A stretch of 64,000 bases of DNA from Microbotryum violaceum (lineage: Eukaryota), in NCBI GenBank assembly GCA_001244265.2, contig CDLV01000004.1:2294001-2358000 (forward strand). The letters are read 5' to 3'. The notes below the pieces were generated by a model. That model did not search any database and was not told the DNA's origin. It saw only the letters and a list, made by a program, of their open reading frames with translations. Shown here in pieces: positions 11,242 to 23,365 of this stretch (its first letter is position 1; each line of letters begins with the position of its first letter). A program made the translations under genes and the position numbers.

Positions 11242-13490
11242 TCAGTTCTGAGTTGACATGGAGACGGTATGGGCGGCAGCGAGTGCGCACCTAACGGGAG
11301 GAGGGAAAGAACAAGATCATCAGTATTCAAAATCGGGGTTATAGTCTATAGCTCAATGCCTCCCCCCCCCAACGAATACGCCGAAACTCACTCGCAAATC
11401 ACCTGCGCCCTCCTCACGACCACGATCCTCGTCTCTCGCCTCGATCTAGTTCCCAACCCTCTACTCCTCGCTACACTCATGCGAACCGAGCTACCCCCAT
11501 TCATCTTCGGAGTCATAGGACTCGAAACGGCCGTTCCCAAACCCAGACTCATTCCGGAAGCGAGAGGGATTCCCTTTCCCAAACGGTCGTTCAAGTTCGG
11601 TGATGCAGTTAGACCAGGTTCGGGAGAAGTGAAGGGTGAGTTCTCAATAGCCGATTCTTTAACGAGTCCTGGGAATAAGCAGGCTCCAACGCGTTCGGGT
11701 TCACCTGCAAGAAAAGGAAGGGTAACGATAAAAACTATCCCCCAAGTCAGCTCTGCTCGTCTCGTTCTCGTTCTCGTCCTTCGCAACGTCCACCCGCTTT
11801 CGGTTCGCCCGAACGTACCTCTCTCGGTTCTATAGCACCTTTTAATCAACTCCAACCTCCCCGGATCTAATAAAGTCCCAATCTGCGGTACATAAGCCCT
11901 ATAAAACCCCGACCCCTCCACTCCACCTCCACCTCCCATCGCCGTCGCCGAAGAATGCAACGTTCTCGCATAGAGATGGAAGGCCTCCAACATGGTCAAT
12001 AGAGAGGAGGATAGATGGGTTGGGGATGGATTCAAGAGGTAAGATATGGCAGGACTGTGGCGTGAGAGGAGGGAGAAACATGTTCGTTCGGAGAGGTGGG
12101 TGAGGGAAGCGGAAAAGGTTTGCCTTCGCCAAACGGAAGCGACGAGGGGTTCACCTAACGTGAGGTGGGGGCAATAATGATATTCGCGTCCAAAATCAGC
12201 ATCATTCACTTTCAAGTGTACCTCGTTCGCGTCCGCTGCATGAGCTTACGATCAAACAAGGTCGCATGCAACCTTGTCAACTCCTCATTCGCCTCCTCTG
12301 AATCGGTGACCAACAATGAATTCACAATCCCATCCGCCAACAGAGTCGACAGCGCATGTCGAATCAAACTCTGTAAGATGATCCCCGATTCGGGATCTTC
12401 GAATCCCTGTATCGAGTTGAGGAAGGGGGATTGGGTGATGGTGGGGAGGTCGGCATAGATTGCCGAGGCGAGTTGGTTGCGAGAGTAGTCGCGCGAGTTG
12501 AGCGTGTCGGCGGCGAAGCGGTTGATGCGGCGCTCGAGGCCTATGACAGGAGAGAGTCGTCAGAACAGGTTCCCAACGAATGTGACCGATTGTAGTAAGC
12601 GTTAACGCACCTGACGAGCTATTTTTGATGGTGAAATCATCGACGGTCGAGGTCCCGACGACGGAAGCCGCGGCGTCAGCGACTTCCCCACCTTCGAGCA
12701 ACGAGACATGTTTGCGTAACGACGCGTTCTGAGTGTCCAAGTCGCCTATCTCAGCACAAGGTGATTTTGTAGTTCCAGATGAGACTGACTAATCGTTCTT
12801 GCATCAATAGTTGTTGTCTCTGGTCCTCGATCCTTTCATGCGCGAGGCGATAGTTCTTCAACAGCCGGCTGTGCAATCACACCCATGATCAGTCATCGAC
12901 CCGATCCGCCCAGCCACCAGACTGGTAAGCACTGACTTGTATTCCTCATCGCCAACCAAATACTGCCCCTGTGGGTGCTGGAAAATCGGCGGCGAGACTG
13001 GACCTTGCCCCACGGCGACGGGAGCTGGGGAAGGTGTGCCCGAATAAGCCAAGATGGCCTGCATCGCATGATTATTGCCCGAAATCGAACCCGAACCCGA
13101 TCCCGATCCTGTGCCTGTACCGTTTCCTCCTGTGTCGTTCGGTCCTACGGAACCACTGCCACCACTGCCGTTCGAATAAGCTCGTCCGTGGCCATTGAGC
13201 GCTCCTCCAGCTTGTCCATCATAATTCATCTGCGGCACATACTGCTGAAACTTGGTCTTTCCAACGGTTGCCGAAACTTGTGAAGGCTGCTGCTGCAGAT
13301 GGGATTGGGTAGGTGTACCCGCTGCTGCTGCTGCAGCTGTTGTTGCTGCTCTGGGTTGATGAGGAGGATGTTGCCCCGCAGCGTGTGCGCCGCCTGCTTC
13401 GACCGAACTCGCGAGGGACGTTTCGAAAGGGAGCTGTTTGTGCTTTTGGGCTTTGTTCTTGCGCAAGAACAGGTTCGGCACCCCCTTCAT
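11242..13490 (-). CDS. Conserved basidiomycete hypothetical protein (multi-exon), low-complexity N-terminus and coiled coil
   Basis: Spliced frames give MKGVPNLFLRK...NYRLAHERIEDQRQQ...GLERRINRFAAD...LIRHALS...VASVWRRQTF...FYRAYVP...ERVGACLFPGLVK...VVRRAQVICECALAA*, with canonical GT-AG introns. Confidence 0.75.
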
Positions 13491-16144
13491 CTTGCACACC
13501 ACGTGCTTGGGACGAGCGCGACTCGGTGTGACGGCGAGAAAGAGCGCGAGGCGCGAGTGTGTGGGGCCGTGGGGAGGCGGCGGCAGAATGAGAATGATAA
13601 TTTGAATTCCAGCTAGTCTATCTACTGCAGAGAACAAAAACTGGGGCCCGTACCCATGTCGGGGGGTGGGGCGGAGGAGAGGAAAAGAAAAGAAAAAGAG
13701 AGGGAAAGAGAAACCAGTGGGAACCCGTTAAATTAACGGGAGGATCAAATTCAAAAAACAGCAGGATAATCGAACAGTCTACATGATATCAGCGCAGAGG
13801 TTAAGAAAACACAATACGAAATACAGCAAAGAAACAAAATCCATTCATCTTGCATTCATTGCCGAAACAGCCTGCATGTCGCTTGTTGCCGGACATGGCT
13901 TCAAACACTCGTGCAATGAGATCCGGACGGTTGCATGCTTTATCGGCCCCAGTGCAGCCTTGATTTCCGGCGCTTCGGGGTCGTACGTCATCGTGATGAG
14001 CAGCGGAGGCTTTCCGTGTTTGACAACGCATGTCATCGCATCCTGGTATCGCTGCGTGATGTCGCGATTTGGTTCGGGGTCAAGCCGTTGATGCCTTGGG
14101 TCGTGGTGAGGCGTAGGTTCTCCTGATGTAACCAGATGTGTTGAGTCAATCGGTCTTGACTTGGGAGTACATCCGTAATTCACAAACTCCAGGAAGGGAC
14201 GTTGGGTGCCATGCGGGATTGAGAAGTGCTCGTCGCGTTTGGCAAGTAGTGCGCAAAGAATTGTGAACGCGAGACTCGCCACCTCGACCCCTTTACTGGA
14301 CCTTTGTCCTAGGTGTTCAAAAGTTCAATGTCAGTCTGTGCTTGCGCCTTCGGCAGAATGGAACATCAGAGAAAGAGCCGAAGACGCGTACGTTCGCCAT
14401 CACCATCCTCTTCGTCCCCTTCCTCGCCGTCTTCATCCTCATTGTCGCGGTCTTCGTCCTCCTGTTCGTCTTCGTCATCCAGACCGAGACCGGCAGGTAC
14501 CTCGCCCAATTGGACACCATTGTCGATCTGCTCTCAGTTTCTGGCGATGGGCGGCCCAGCTTGGTTGAAACCGCAAAGAGGAATGTTGGGGTGGAAGCCA
14601 TCTTCCCCCGGGGAAGATTAGTGGGTACCGGAGAGGCATCGCAGACGGATGGAGCGAGCTAACGATTTGGTACTTGGGCCGACCATCGGGACATCGATCA
14701 CCGTGCACCTGGAGAATAAGGTCTTGCGGTCCACGATCTCCCGTGTTGGTGTCGGAATCGCAGATAAGCATCGCCATTTCCGTGCTTGACGTAGGAAGGT
14801 TGTGGGTGCGTCGGTCTCGGCCTGGTGGTAGGCAGAGGCGCAGGACCCACTCTTTGGCCGTATCCCAACCCGCGCGAGGTTTGGCCGATGCGAACTCCCT
14901 CACAAAGCGATTGCCGGTGCGCAACATGGACTCGAGCTTGGTCAGCGTTGATCTTCGAATGCGAGTCTCTGCGCTGTCGGGTCCTTGAAGTCGTGTGTCG
15001 GTGGCCTCGGCCGGGTCGATCAGCCATGTCTGGGCAAAGGCTGGGCGTTGATTCACGGCAGGGATCAGGGCGCCGAGTCGATGGTAGAGGCGACCAAACA
15101 CGCGAAACACGGGGGGTCCTAGCGTGCCCACTTGAGTTTGGTCCCAGAGGGCAGCGAGCGAAGTGAACGACAACGCGTTGTTGTACGACCGGGCATTCTC
15201 GCGGAATGCAACCGCTTCTGTGTGGGTGGGTAGAACAGTTCAGCATGTGGGTCTACTGCAGACGAACGTTGTTGGACGGAGCAACTGACCGCTATCCGAG
15301 CCTTGAAGAAGCTGCCGATACTCGAGATTGGGCTGGGGAGGGGGAGGTAGCCAGCCGCACCTTGCCCTGCGAGCAGCACGCGCTGAAGTGTCGTACGTCA
15401 TCGTGATGAGCAGCGGAGGCTTTCCATGTTTGACAACGCACGCCATCGCATCCTGGTATCGCTGCGTGATGTCGCGCGGTCTATTCTCGAACGTCGAGCC
15501 CAAAGTCATCAAACGTCCAATTGGGTTCGGGCCCAAGCCGTTGATGCCTTGGGTCGTGGTGAGGTATAGGTTCTCTTGATGCAACCGGATGTGTAGAGTC
15601 GATCGGTCTCGACTTGCAGTATATTCATAAATCACAGACTCCAGGAAGGGACCGTGGGTGCAATGCGGGATTGAGAAGTACTCGTCGCCTTTGGCAAGTA
15701 GTGCGCAAAGAATTGTGAACGCGAGACTCGCCACCTCGACCCCTTTACTGGACCTTTGTCCTAGGTGTTCAAAAGTTCAATGTCAGTCTGTGCTTGCGCC
15801 TTAAACAGAATGGAACATCAGAGAAAGAGCCGAAGACGCATACGTTCACCATCACCATTCTCTTCGTCCCCCGCCGTCTTCATCCTCATCGTCACAGTCT
15901 TCGTCCTCCTCTTCGCCTTCGTCAGCAAGACCGAGACCGGCAAGTACCTCCCGCGATTGGACACCTTTGCCGATCTGCTCTCGGTTTCTGGTGATTGGCA
16001 GCCCAGCTTAGCAAAGCCCGCAAAGAGAAATGTTGGGGTGGGACCCATCTTCCCCTGCAGGAAATAGTAGTGGCTACCGGAGAGGCAAGGCAGACGGATG
16101 GAGTGAGCTGATGACTTGGTACTTGGGCCGACCATCGGGACATC

Positions 16145-16334
16145 TGTTGCAACAAGGACTAAGAGGTACTCCACGACTCAGCTCCGAGATACACGAGTGA
16201 GATGATGAGAATAGCGTGGAGAAGGAACCCAGAAGGAAAAAAAGACGCAAAGACAAAGATAGGCGCGCGCGCAGAATAAAGTATTAACCAAGGCTAATAG
16301 CAATGAGTTAGGCTCTCAGACCCCACTTCTAACA
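16145..16334 (-). repeat. Copia 3' LTR
   Basis: Direct repeat of 20660-20849 with two transitions seen. Confidence 0.95.
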
Positions 16335-19300
16335 CTCCCACCGGTCAAAGAGACTAACGAGACCATTCCAAGTAGCGCACGAAGTTGATCAAAGCGTTGA
16401 AATCCCAAAGGCTTCGTCATAATATCCGCGGCATTGACGTGGGTAGGGCAGTATTCAAGTTTGACCTCGCCAGAAGCAACCCATTCTCGAACAAACAAAT
16501 GAGCAATGTCAAAGTGCTTGGTTCGCATGTGATCGACCGGATCCTTGGCGATCTGGATGCATGCGGCGTTGTCTTCTTGAATGATAGTAGGCTGTGCTTG
16601 TGGAATGCCGACATCACCAGCCAAACAACGGAGCCAGATTGCTTCACGAGTGGCTGAGGATGCAGAGAGGATTTCGGCTTCGGTAATGGATGTAGTGATC
16701 ATAGATTGTTGCTTCGACTGCCAGGAGATAACGCCGCCAGCGAGCATTGATGCATAGGCTCCCACCGATCTGCGAGATTCCGGGTCATCCGCAAACGAGG
16801 CATCGGAGTAGACCATCAATCGAGTTGTGGAACTGTTTCGATAAAGAATTCCCAAATCGATGGTGCTGTTGAGGTAGCGAAATATACGCTTGACCGCAGC
16901 CCAATTGTCGACAGTTGGACAGGAGTTCTTTTGAGCAACGGCACAAACAGCAATCGCAATATTGGGTCAACATTGAGTGGACGCGTACTGCAGGGAACCC
17001 ACAGCCGATTGGTACAATGACACATTGGCAAATGGAGTAGCATCGTTCGAAGCGAAGGGTGATTGTCCATGGGCGTGACTGCACGGCGCTTGGATGGAGA
17101 AGCGAAATCGAACTTCTCGAGCATAGTGCGGACATACTTGCTTTGGTGAACGAGGATGTAATCCTTGGTGCGATGAATTTCGAAGCCCAGGAAGTAGGAG
17201 ACGGGTCCGAGACGCTTGAGCTGGAAGGCCTTGTGAAGCGATCCGAGCTCGGAGTCCAAGAAGGACTGATTGTTGGACGCAATGAGACCGTCGTCAACAT
17301 AGAGAGTGATGATAGCAAACGAAGTGCCCAAATGTTTGATGTAGAGGCAAGCATCGGCAGTTGCCCTCATGTAGCCTCGAGACACCATGAGATCATTGAC
17401 GGCTCGATACCATTCACGGGGCGCCTGTTTGGTTCCATACATGGAACCCACAAGCTTGAGGCACTTGCCAGGGGATTGAGGACGATTCCATCCTTTTGGG
17501 TATCAAACATAGACATCCTCGGTCATCTTGCCATTGAGAAAGGCGCAGTCGAAATTGAACTGTTCGAGATACAGGCCCTGAGCAGCAGCCAGAGCAATCA
17601 AGAACAAAATTGTCAAAGAACGAGCGACAGGAGCGTAGGTGTCATGGTAGTCGATGCCTGGGTGTTGAGCAAATCCTTGAGCAACAAGACGAGCTTTGAA
17701 ACGAATGATTTTGCCGTTTGCATCGCGCTTGATACTGTAGGCCCAGATCATGCCGAGTACCCGAATTCCTTTGTGCCACTTGACTTCCTGAAAGACTCCA
17801 TGATGATCAAATTGTAGAAGTTCTGAGACCATTGCCGCACTCCAATGGTTGCGATAGGGTGACTTCATGGCTTCCTCGAATGTCTTGGGTATCTCGATGT
17901 CTTCTTTGGCAAACACGGCAGCACAGTAGGCATTGTAGGAAAGCTTGTCGTGGAACACGGGTGGAGTATCCAAGACATCCACCATGATAGCCGAAATGAT
18001 GGGAAGTATATTTTTCCGGAAGTTGAGGTCGACGACGAGAACCAGCAGGAAGGATGTTGGAAGGATCAACATTCTCGAATTGGCCAGGATTTGGACCAGT
18101 GCAAACGATGGCGTAACCTTCACGAGGAGCGAGAGCAACTTCCGCCTCACTGTCGAGTGGTTCTTCTGCATCATGATAGTTATCAGGTCCATCGTCAAGT
18201 CCATCATTGTTGTCATTGTTGTCATCCTTATGAGGAACGACTGCAAGATACCCCCCTGTTGACCAACTCCAATTGGAACCACCGGAGGAGGCTGTGGATC
18301 CGGCAAAGTTGGATCCACAACAGGTGAAGTTGGTGTAGACGGCAACACATCTGGCGGAGGATGAGGAGGTTGAGAATGATGAACGGGATCAGAAGCGTCC
18401 GCACGATCTTGAGACGAAGTGACGACGGAAGGAGTCAAGGAATGTGACGTGACGCGAAACGTAGACCTGTTTCGACGATTGGACCCAGACACGGTAGTTG
18501 TATTCACCGGAGTACCCGATGAAAACTTCCTGAATGGAGCGAGGTGCAAGCTTGGAGCGATGCTCCTTGGGAACGTGGACAAACGCCGTAGATCCGAATG
18601 GCTGAAGATGAGCAAGACTAGGCTTCTTGCCGAGAAGAACTTCGATTGCCGTTTTTCCTTGAATACGAGGATGTGGTCGACGATTGAGAACAAATGTCGC
18701 GATGGCCAGAGCATCTGACCAGAATCGCATGGGAAGGCCAGAGTTGAGGAGCATTGATCAAACGAGACCCATGAGAGATCCATTGAGTCGCTCTACTTGA
18801 CCATTTTGCTCCGGAGTATAGGGGGCTGTGAATTCCACAATGATGCCCTGCTTTTCAAGAAGAGCCCGGAACAATGAGTTGTCAAATTCACGGCCATTGT
18901 CCGATCTGACCCTCTTGATTTTCTGACCCGTTTGACGCTCGGACTCGGCTTGAAATTTCGACCATGCTTCGATAATCGTCTCAGCCCTCTTGTCCTTTAG
19001 CACGATTGTCCATTTAGCCGTCGAATACTGATCCACGATAGCGAGATAGATAGTATCGCCATGGTGATTGGGATGTTCGACAAACCCGAGATCAATGAAG
19101 ACGCGGTAGAGTGCATGAGGCGCTTCGGTACTCTTGTTGGAGAAGGGTGATCGCTTTGACTTGGCCTGGATGCACGAAAAGCAAGGAGTAACCTTTTCGT
19201 CCTTCAGAGTGATGCCAGTGATAGCTCCGGATTTGACGGCCAAAACGATTGCCGCAGGAGATTGATGGCCCAACTTCCGATGTGCTTCCATCAACGTACA

Positions 19301-20659
19301 GGTTCCAGTGAGACAATTGGCTCCGACCATTGAAGGCGGTGAGGATGACATGATAGGCTGAACGGGAGCTGCATCCATGACAAACCCCCGACCAGGAAGC
19401 GAGCGCAGAATCGACTTGCCGCGGATGCTGAAAATGAGATTGCTTTGGGGACCAACAGCGTACGTCATCGATTCCAACAGACGGTCGATGGCGATAAAAC
19501 CGAATTGAGCACAGCACCGGGCATGTAGTAGACCCTCTTAATGGTGATACAAGCGCCATATGAGGTAAGAAACGTCACTGAGCCATGACCGGGAGATTCG
19601 ATTTGAGATTGATCGGCGACAGAAATTTTGAGAGGCTCAGAGACAACGTCCGATAGGACCGACTTGTCTCCAACGCAATGGACCTTAGCACCCGAGTCAA
19701 TGATCCATGGAAAACGTGGCATCGTTCGCAAATAGGAGAAAGTGTAGGTCATCAATGCAGATTCATCTACACCAATGGCAGCTACGTTCGAATTTGAGTC
19801 CGAGGAAGCGGGAGCGCTCGCATCCTTGTTCCTGCTTGGACAGAGACGCCAACCATGCTCGTGTCCCAGTGCTTTGCAGCGCGAAAAATGTTTGTTTCGG
19901 GAATCAGCCATTTCGACGTTCATCAGGAGTTTCGGATAGAACGTGTTCCAATCCATGTGGATGTCGATGTCGGAGGCAAGGTTCCCAATGATTGAGTCAT
20001 ACTGGGCTGGGAGCGACCAAACGAGCATGCCTGCAAACAGCCAATGCGGAAGCGGAGCTCCGAGGTTCTGAAAATCGGACATGGCGATCTTGACCTTGTT
20101 GACGAATTCCTTAAAAGGAATATCCCCAGAGTAAGGTTGCGCTAGAGTGTTGAGGAGGTCCATAGTGCGACTCGGGCGACCGTGAGAGTGGAGACCACGG
20201 AGGGTGTCCCACATCTCGTACGCCGAGGTAAGATGAATCAAGTGAGACATCTGTTCCTCAGAGATCGAATTGGCGATGTACTTGCATGCCAAATCGTTGC
20301 GGCGGATGGCCTGTTCGCGATATTCCGCGACCTTGTCCGCAACTTGAACGCTGGTGAGCCTGGGCGAGGCGTCCGAGTGCGCAGAACCAGAGCCCCCCCC
20401 CCCCCCCCCAAGCCCGCTAAAGCCGGAGGAGGCTGGTTCAACTGGCGCGACGGACGCAGTTGCATGTGAGATAACGAGCGTGGACCGATAGTCCGCAACA
20501 AGGGAGTCGATGGATTGATTGACGACATCCCATATTTTGTCGGCTCGAAGATTGATAAACGCACGTTGTGACCAGCTCTTGTACCCTTGTGTGTCCTTGA
20601 GATACAAGTGATTGCCCGACCCGTTGGGGAAGTCGGATTCGCCCGTTGAGCTCATAACC

Positions 20660-20849
20660 TGTTGCAACAAGGACTAAGAGGTACTCCACGACTCAGCTCC
20701 GAGATACACGAGTGAGATGATGAGAATAGCGTGGAGAAGGAACCCAGAAGGAAAAAAAGACGCAAAGACAAAGATAGGCGCGCGCGCAGAATAAAGTATT
20801 AATCAAGACTAATAGCAATGAGTTAGGCTCTCAGACCCCACTTCTAACA
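20660..20849 (-). repeat. Copia 5' LTR
   Basis: Followed on the minus strand by PBS GGTTATGAGCTC. Confidence 0.95.
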
Positions 20850-21634
20850 ACATCGATCACCATGCACCTGGAGAATAAGGTCTTGAGGTCCACGATCTCC
20901 CGTGTTGGTGTCGGAATCGCAGATAAGCATCGTCATTTCCGTGCTTGACGTAGGAAGGTTGTGGGTGCGTCGGTCCCGGCCTGGCGGGAGGCAGAGGCGC
21001 AGGATCCACTCTTTGGCCGTATCCCAACCTGCGCGAGCTTTGGCCGATGCGAACTCCCTCACAAAGTGATTCTTGGTACGCAACATGGACTCGAGCTTGG
21101 TCAAAGTAGATCGTTGCATGTGACTGTCTGCGCCGTCGGGTTCAAGTCGAGTGTCGGTGGCCTCGGCCGGGTCGATGAGCCATGTTTGAGCAAAGGCTGG
21201 GCGTTGATTCACGGCAGGGATCAGGGCGCCGAGTCGATGGTAGAGGCGACCAAACACGCGAAACACGGGGGGTCCTAGTTCCCAGTGCCGAGCCTTGCAG
21301 TGGGTGCACACGGCCGTCTGCGGGCCGAGGTCGTCGCGGATCGAAACGTGGGCTTGAGGGGTTTGAGCGCGATTCGAGCCCGGCGCACTCGCCTTTGCGG
21401 AGGAGGTGGTGGTGGGGCGAGCCCAGCGTCGAGTTGGCCATCGCGCTGACCACGCTGTCCGTTCTGCACAGCTGCACGGCGGGCTCGTATACGTGTCGCA
21501 ATGCCAAGATCGGTTGAAATGTTGTCATGACGCGCCGGGGGGCTGATTCTGTTGATCGGAGCGGGACGAAGAGGAGGGTCGAGCCGCGGGGCGCCCAGCA
21601 GCGGGCGCTCGAGCAGGCCCAGGGTAGCCCATGT

Positions 21635-21975
21635 ATACGCTGGGTCACCCAATACGAGGGCCGAAAGCTTAAGGTATGTGCTTTGGATCAAATCAATCAG
21701 TTTCAGAGATCAGCGGGCTAATCCGGCTGCCAACAACAAGCAGGCAAACGCGCATTATACCCACAGCTCCGTGGATACCAGCTACCTCGTTCACACCGTC
21801 AATAGATACATGGCGCATCCACTCCCGGGCGGAAAAGCCAGCAGACCGGATGACCCGGAGGGATCGGACGGGCTGGTGTGGTGTTGGGACATGACGAACA
21901 GCACGGCGTTCGAAAAAGTCAAGGCCAAACCGGACCTCCCACCCGCCCCCGATCCGGTCGAGCGTCGCGCAGAGG
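21635..21975 (+). pseudogene. Orphan internal fragment of an unidentified host gene (2 exons)
   Basis: Intron GTATGT(21674)..GCTAAT..CAG joins IRWVTQYEGRKLK to ANAHYTHSSVDTSYLVHTVNRYMAHPLPGG..DGLVWCWD. No start codon; the fragment abuts the Helitron. Confidence 0.55.
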
Positions 21976-23192
21976 TGGGGTTGGACCGAGTTGAATGGGC
22001 GTAGGTTAGTGCTGTACAAGGTGAAAGGATGAAGAGGGGATGTACGCTGATTATTGGGTGATGGTGGGATTGATAGGTCGATGTATTGGGGTGAGTAGAG
22101 TCGTACTGGTATGCGGAGGTGGGGATGCTTCGCAGCGAGTTGGGGGTTGAATGTCGTGTGTTGAGCGGCACTCTGTTGCGGCCAGTCACAACATCGTCAA
22201 CACCATCATTTCCCAACGCTCTCCAAAGTCAAATCTCCCCACCCATCCCTCTAATCCGGCCCCCCATCTTTCCTACCCCACTATAGGCGGATCCCTAACC
22301 AAAAAAAAGCACCCTGCTACCTCTGCCCATGCCCGATATCATGACCTCAAAGTACCCACACGTATTACTTCGGATGCAAGAAGCGACGAAAAAGGTGGGC
22401 TGGGTGGAGGGTTTGAATCATGTATGCATTTTATTTTATTTTGCCTGGTGGTTTGGAGGAGGTCATGTGGAGGTGGGGGGTGCGCGATCGCTGATTTCCT
22501 GCTTCGGCAATGTCTTTTTTGTGCGATAATGGATTACAGTGTCTAGTCAACGAGTAGGCTTGGCTTTCTTCCTCCTCTTTCTTGCCTAGGCAGTCGACCC
22601 CTGCCCAACTCACAATCCGAATCGATCTTTGATCCCCAGATATCTCCCAGGTCAAGGTATCCTCGCGCATACGGACGGACCCGCCTACGCACCGATCGTC
22701 ACGACCTTATCCCTAGGTAGTCATACCATACTTCAATTCACTCCTCGAAAAAACGACCTTACTCCTTCCGACGAAAAAGTCGACTCTACGGCACCCCTAA
22801 ACTCCTTCGAACTGGCGTCCAACTCAAAAGAACAAAGCGAACCGTTCTCCCTCTTCCTACCCCCCCGTTCCTTAATCCTCCTCCAGGACACCCTCTACGA
22901 AGACTGGCTCCATTCGATCGAGTCGAAGAAAGAAGATACTGCGGATGATTTAATGAGATGTAGGAATTGGGGAATGTGGTGGGAAAGAGGAGCGGATACG
23001 TTTTCGACTGGTTCAGAAGAGGAGCGGTTGGACATGAAGAAAGGGGGAGATATTTTGTCGGAGGGGGGAATTGAAGAATTGATTAGGAGAAGGAAAACCG
23101 TGGAGAGTGGGAAAGGATGGGATAGGGGGAGGAGAGTCAGTTTGACTTGTCGAATCGTCGAGAGGGTCGTCAAGGGTTTCAAAGTTGGGTAG
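21975..23192 (+). pseudogene. ALKBH6: AlkB homolog 6 (2OG-Fe(II) dioxygenase), N-terminus missing, +1 frameshift in an A8 run (22301-22308)
   Basis: Exons ~21975-22004, 22077-22090, 22287-22421, 22540-22553, 22640-23192 give WTELNGRRSMYWGG...[32 protein letters not shown]...PRSL...WLHSI...RVSLTCR. Confidence 0.8.
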
Positions 23193-23365
23193 GAGACTAG
23201 GTGGACGGCGTTCGATCTGGAGGGTCTTTGTATGATAAGAAAAGAGGGGTCGTTATTAGAAACATAGTATAGCATGTATTCCAGTAACTAAACTGAATAA
23301 AAACTCCTCTACCTGACGCTGAGAGACGGCCGCGAAACCCCTATGGTCCCCTTTCCACCGACCGT

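Larger units (their letters stand above)
16145..20849 (-). mobile_element. Full-length Ty1/Copia LTR retrotransposon (frameshifted)
   Basis: 190-bp TG..CA LTRs; TSD ACATC (16140-16144, 20850-20854); PBS GGTTATGAGC; gag, PR (IDSGA), HRKLGH..CFSC, IN (SDNGREF, QNGQVER), RT (KARLVAQG, YVDD), RNase H (YSDASF, KHFDI, ADIMTK) in Copia order. Confidence 0.97.
13714..21635 (-). mobile_element. Non-autonomous Helitron, internally tandem-duplicated, split by a Copia
   Basis: Helitron N-terminal motifs PPVFRVFGRLYHRLGAL..PAFAQ, HNLPT, PLRYPLIFP and Rep motif QRYQDAM..VVKHGKP.LLITMT, each present twice. The 3' end on the minus strand is hairpin CCCGTTAATTTAACGGG then CTGG|T at 13714. No helicase seen; the 5' end is approximate. 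Confidence 0.85.

Noticed and set aside
16335-16352. 13-mer CACCGGTCAAAGA shared by the Copia PPT region and the Gypsy leader (~59989-60001)
   Set aside because: Opposite functional context and short; chance cannot be excluded.
21700-21712. Helitron 5' end at A|TC (21709, minus strand)
   Set aside because: It falls inside a well-formed plus-strand intron whose upstream exon continues to ~21635.
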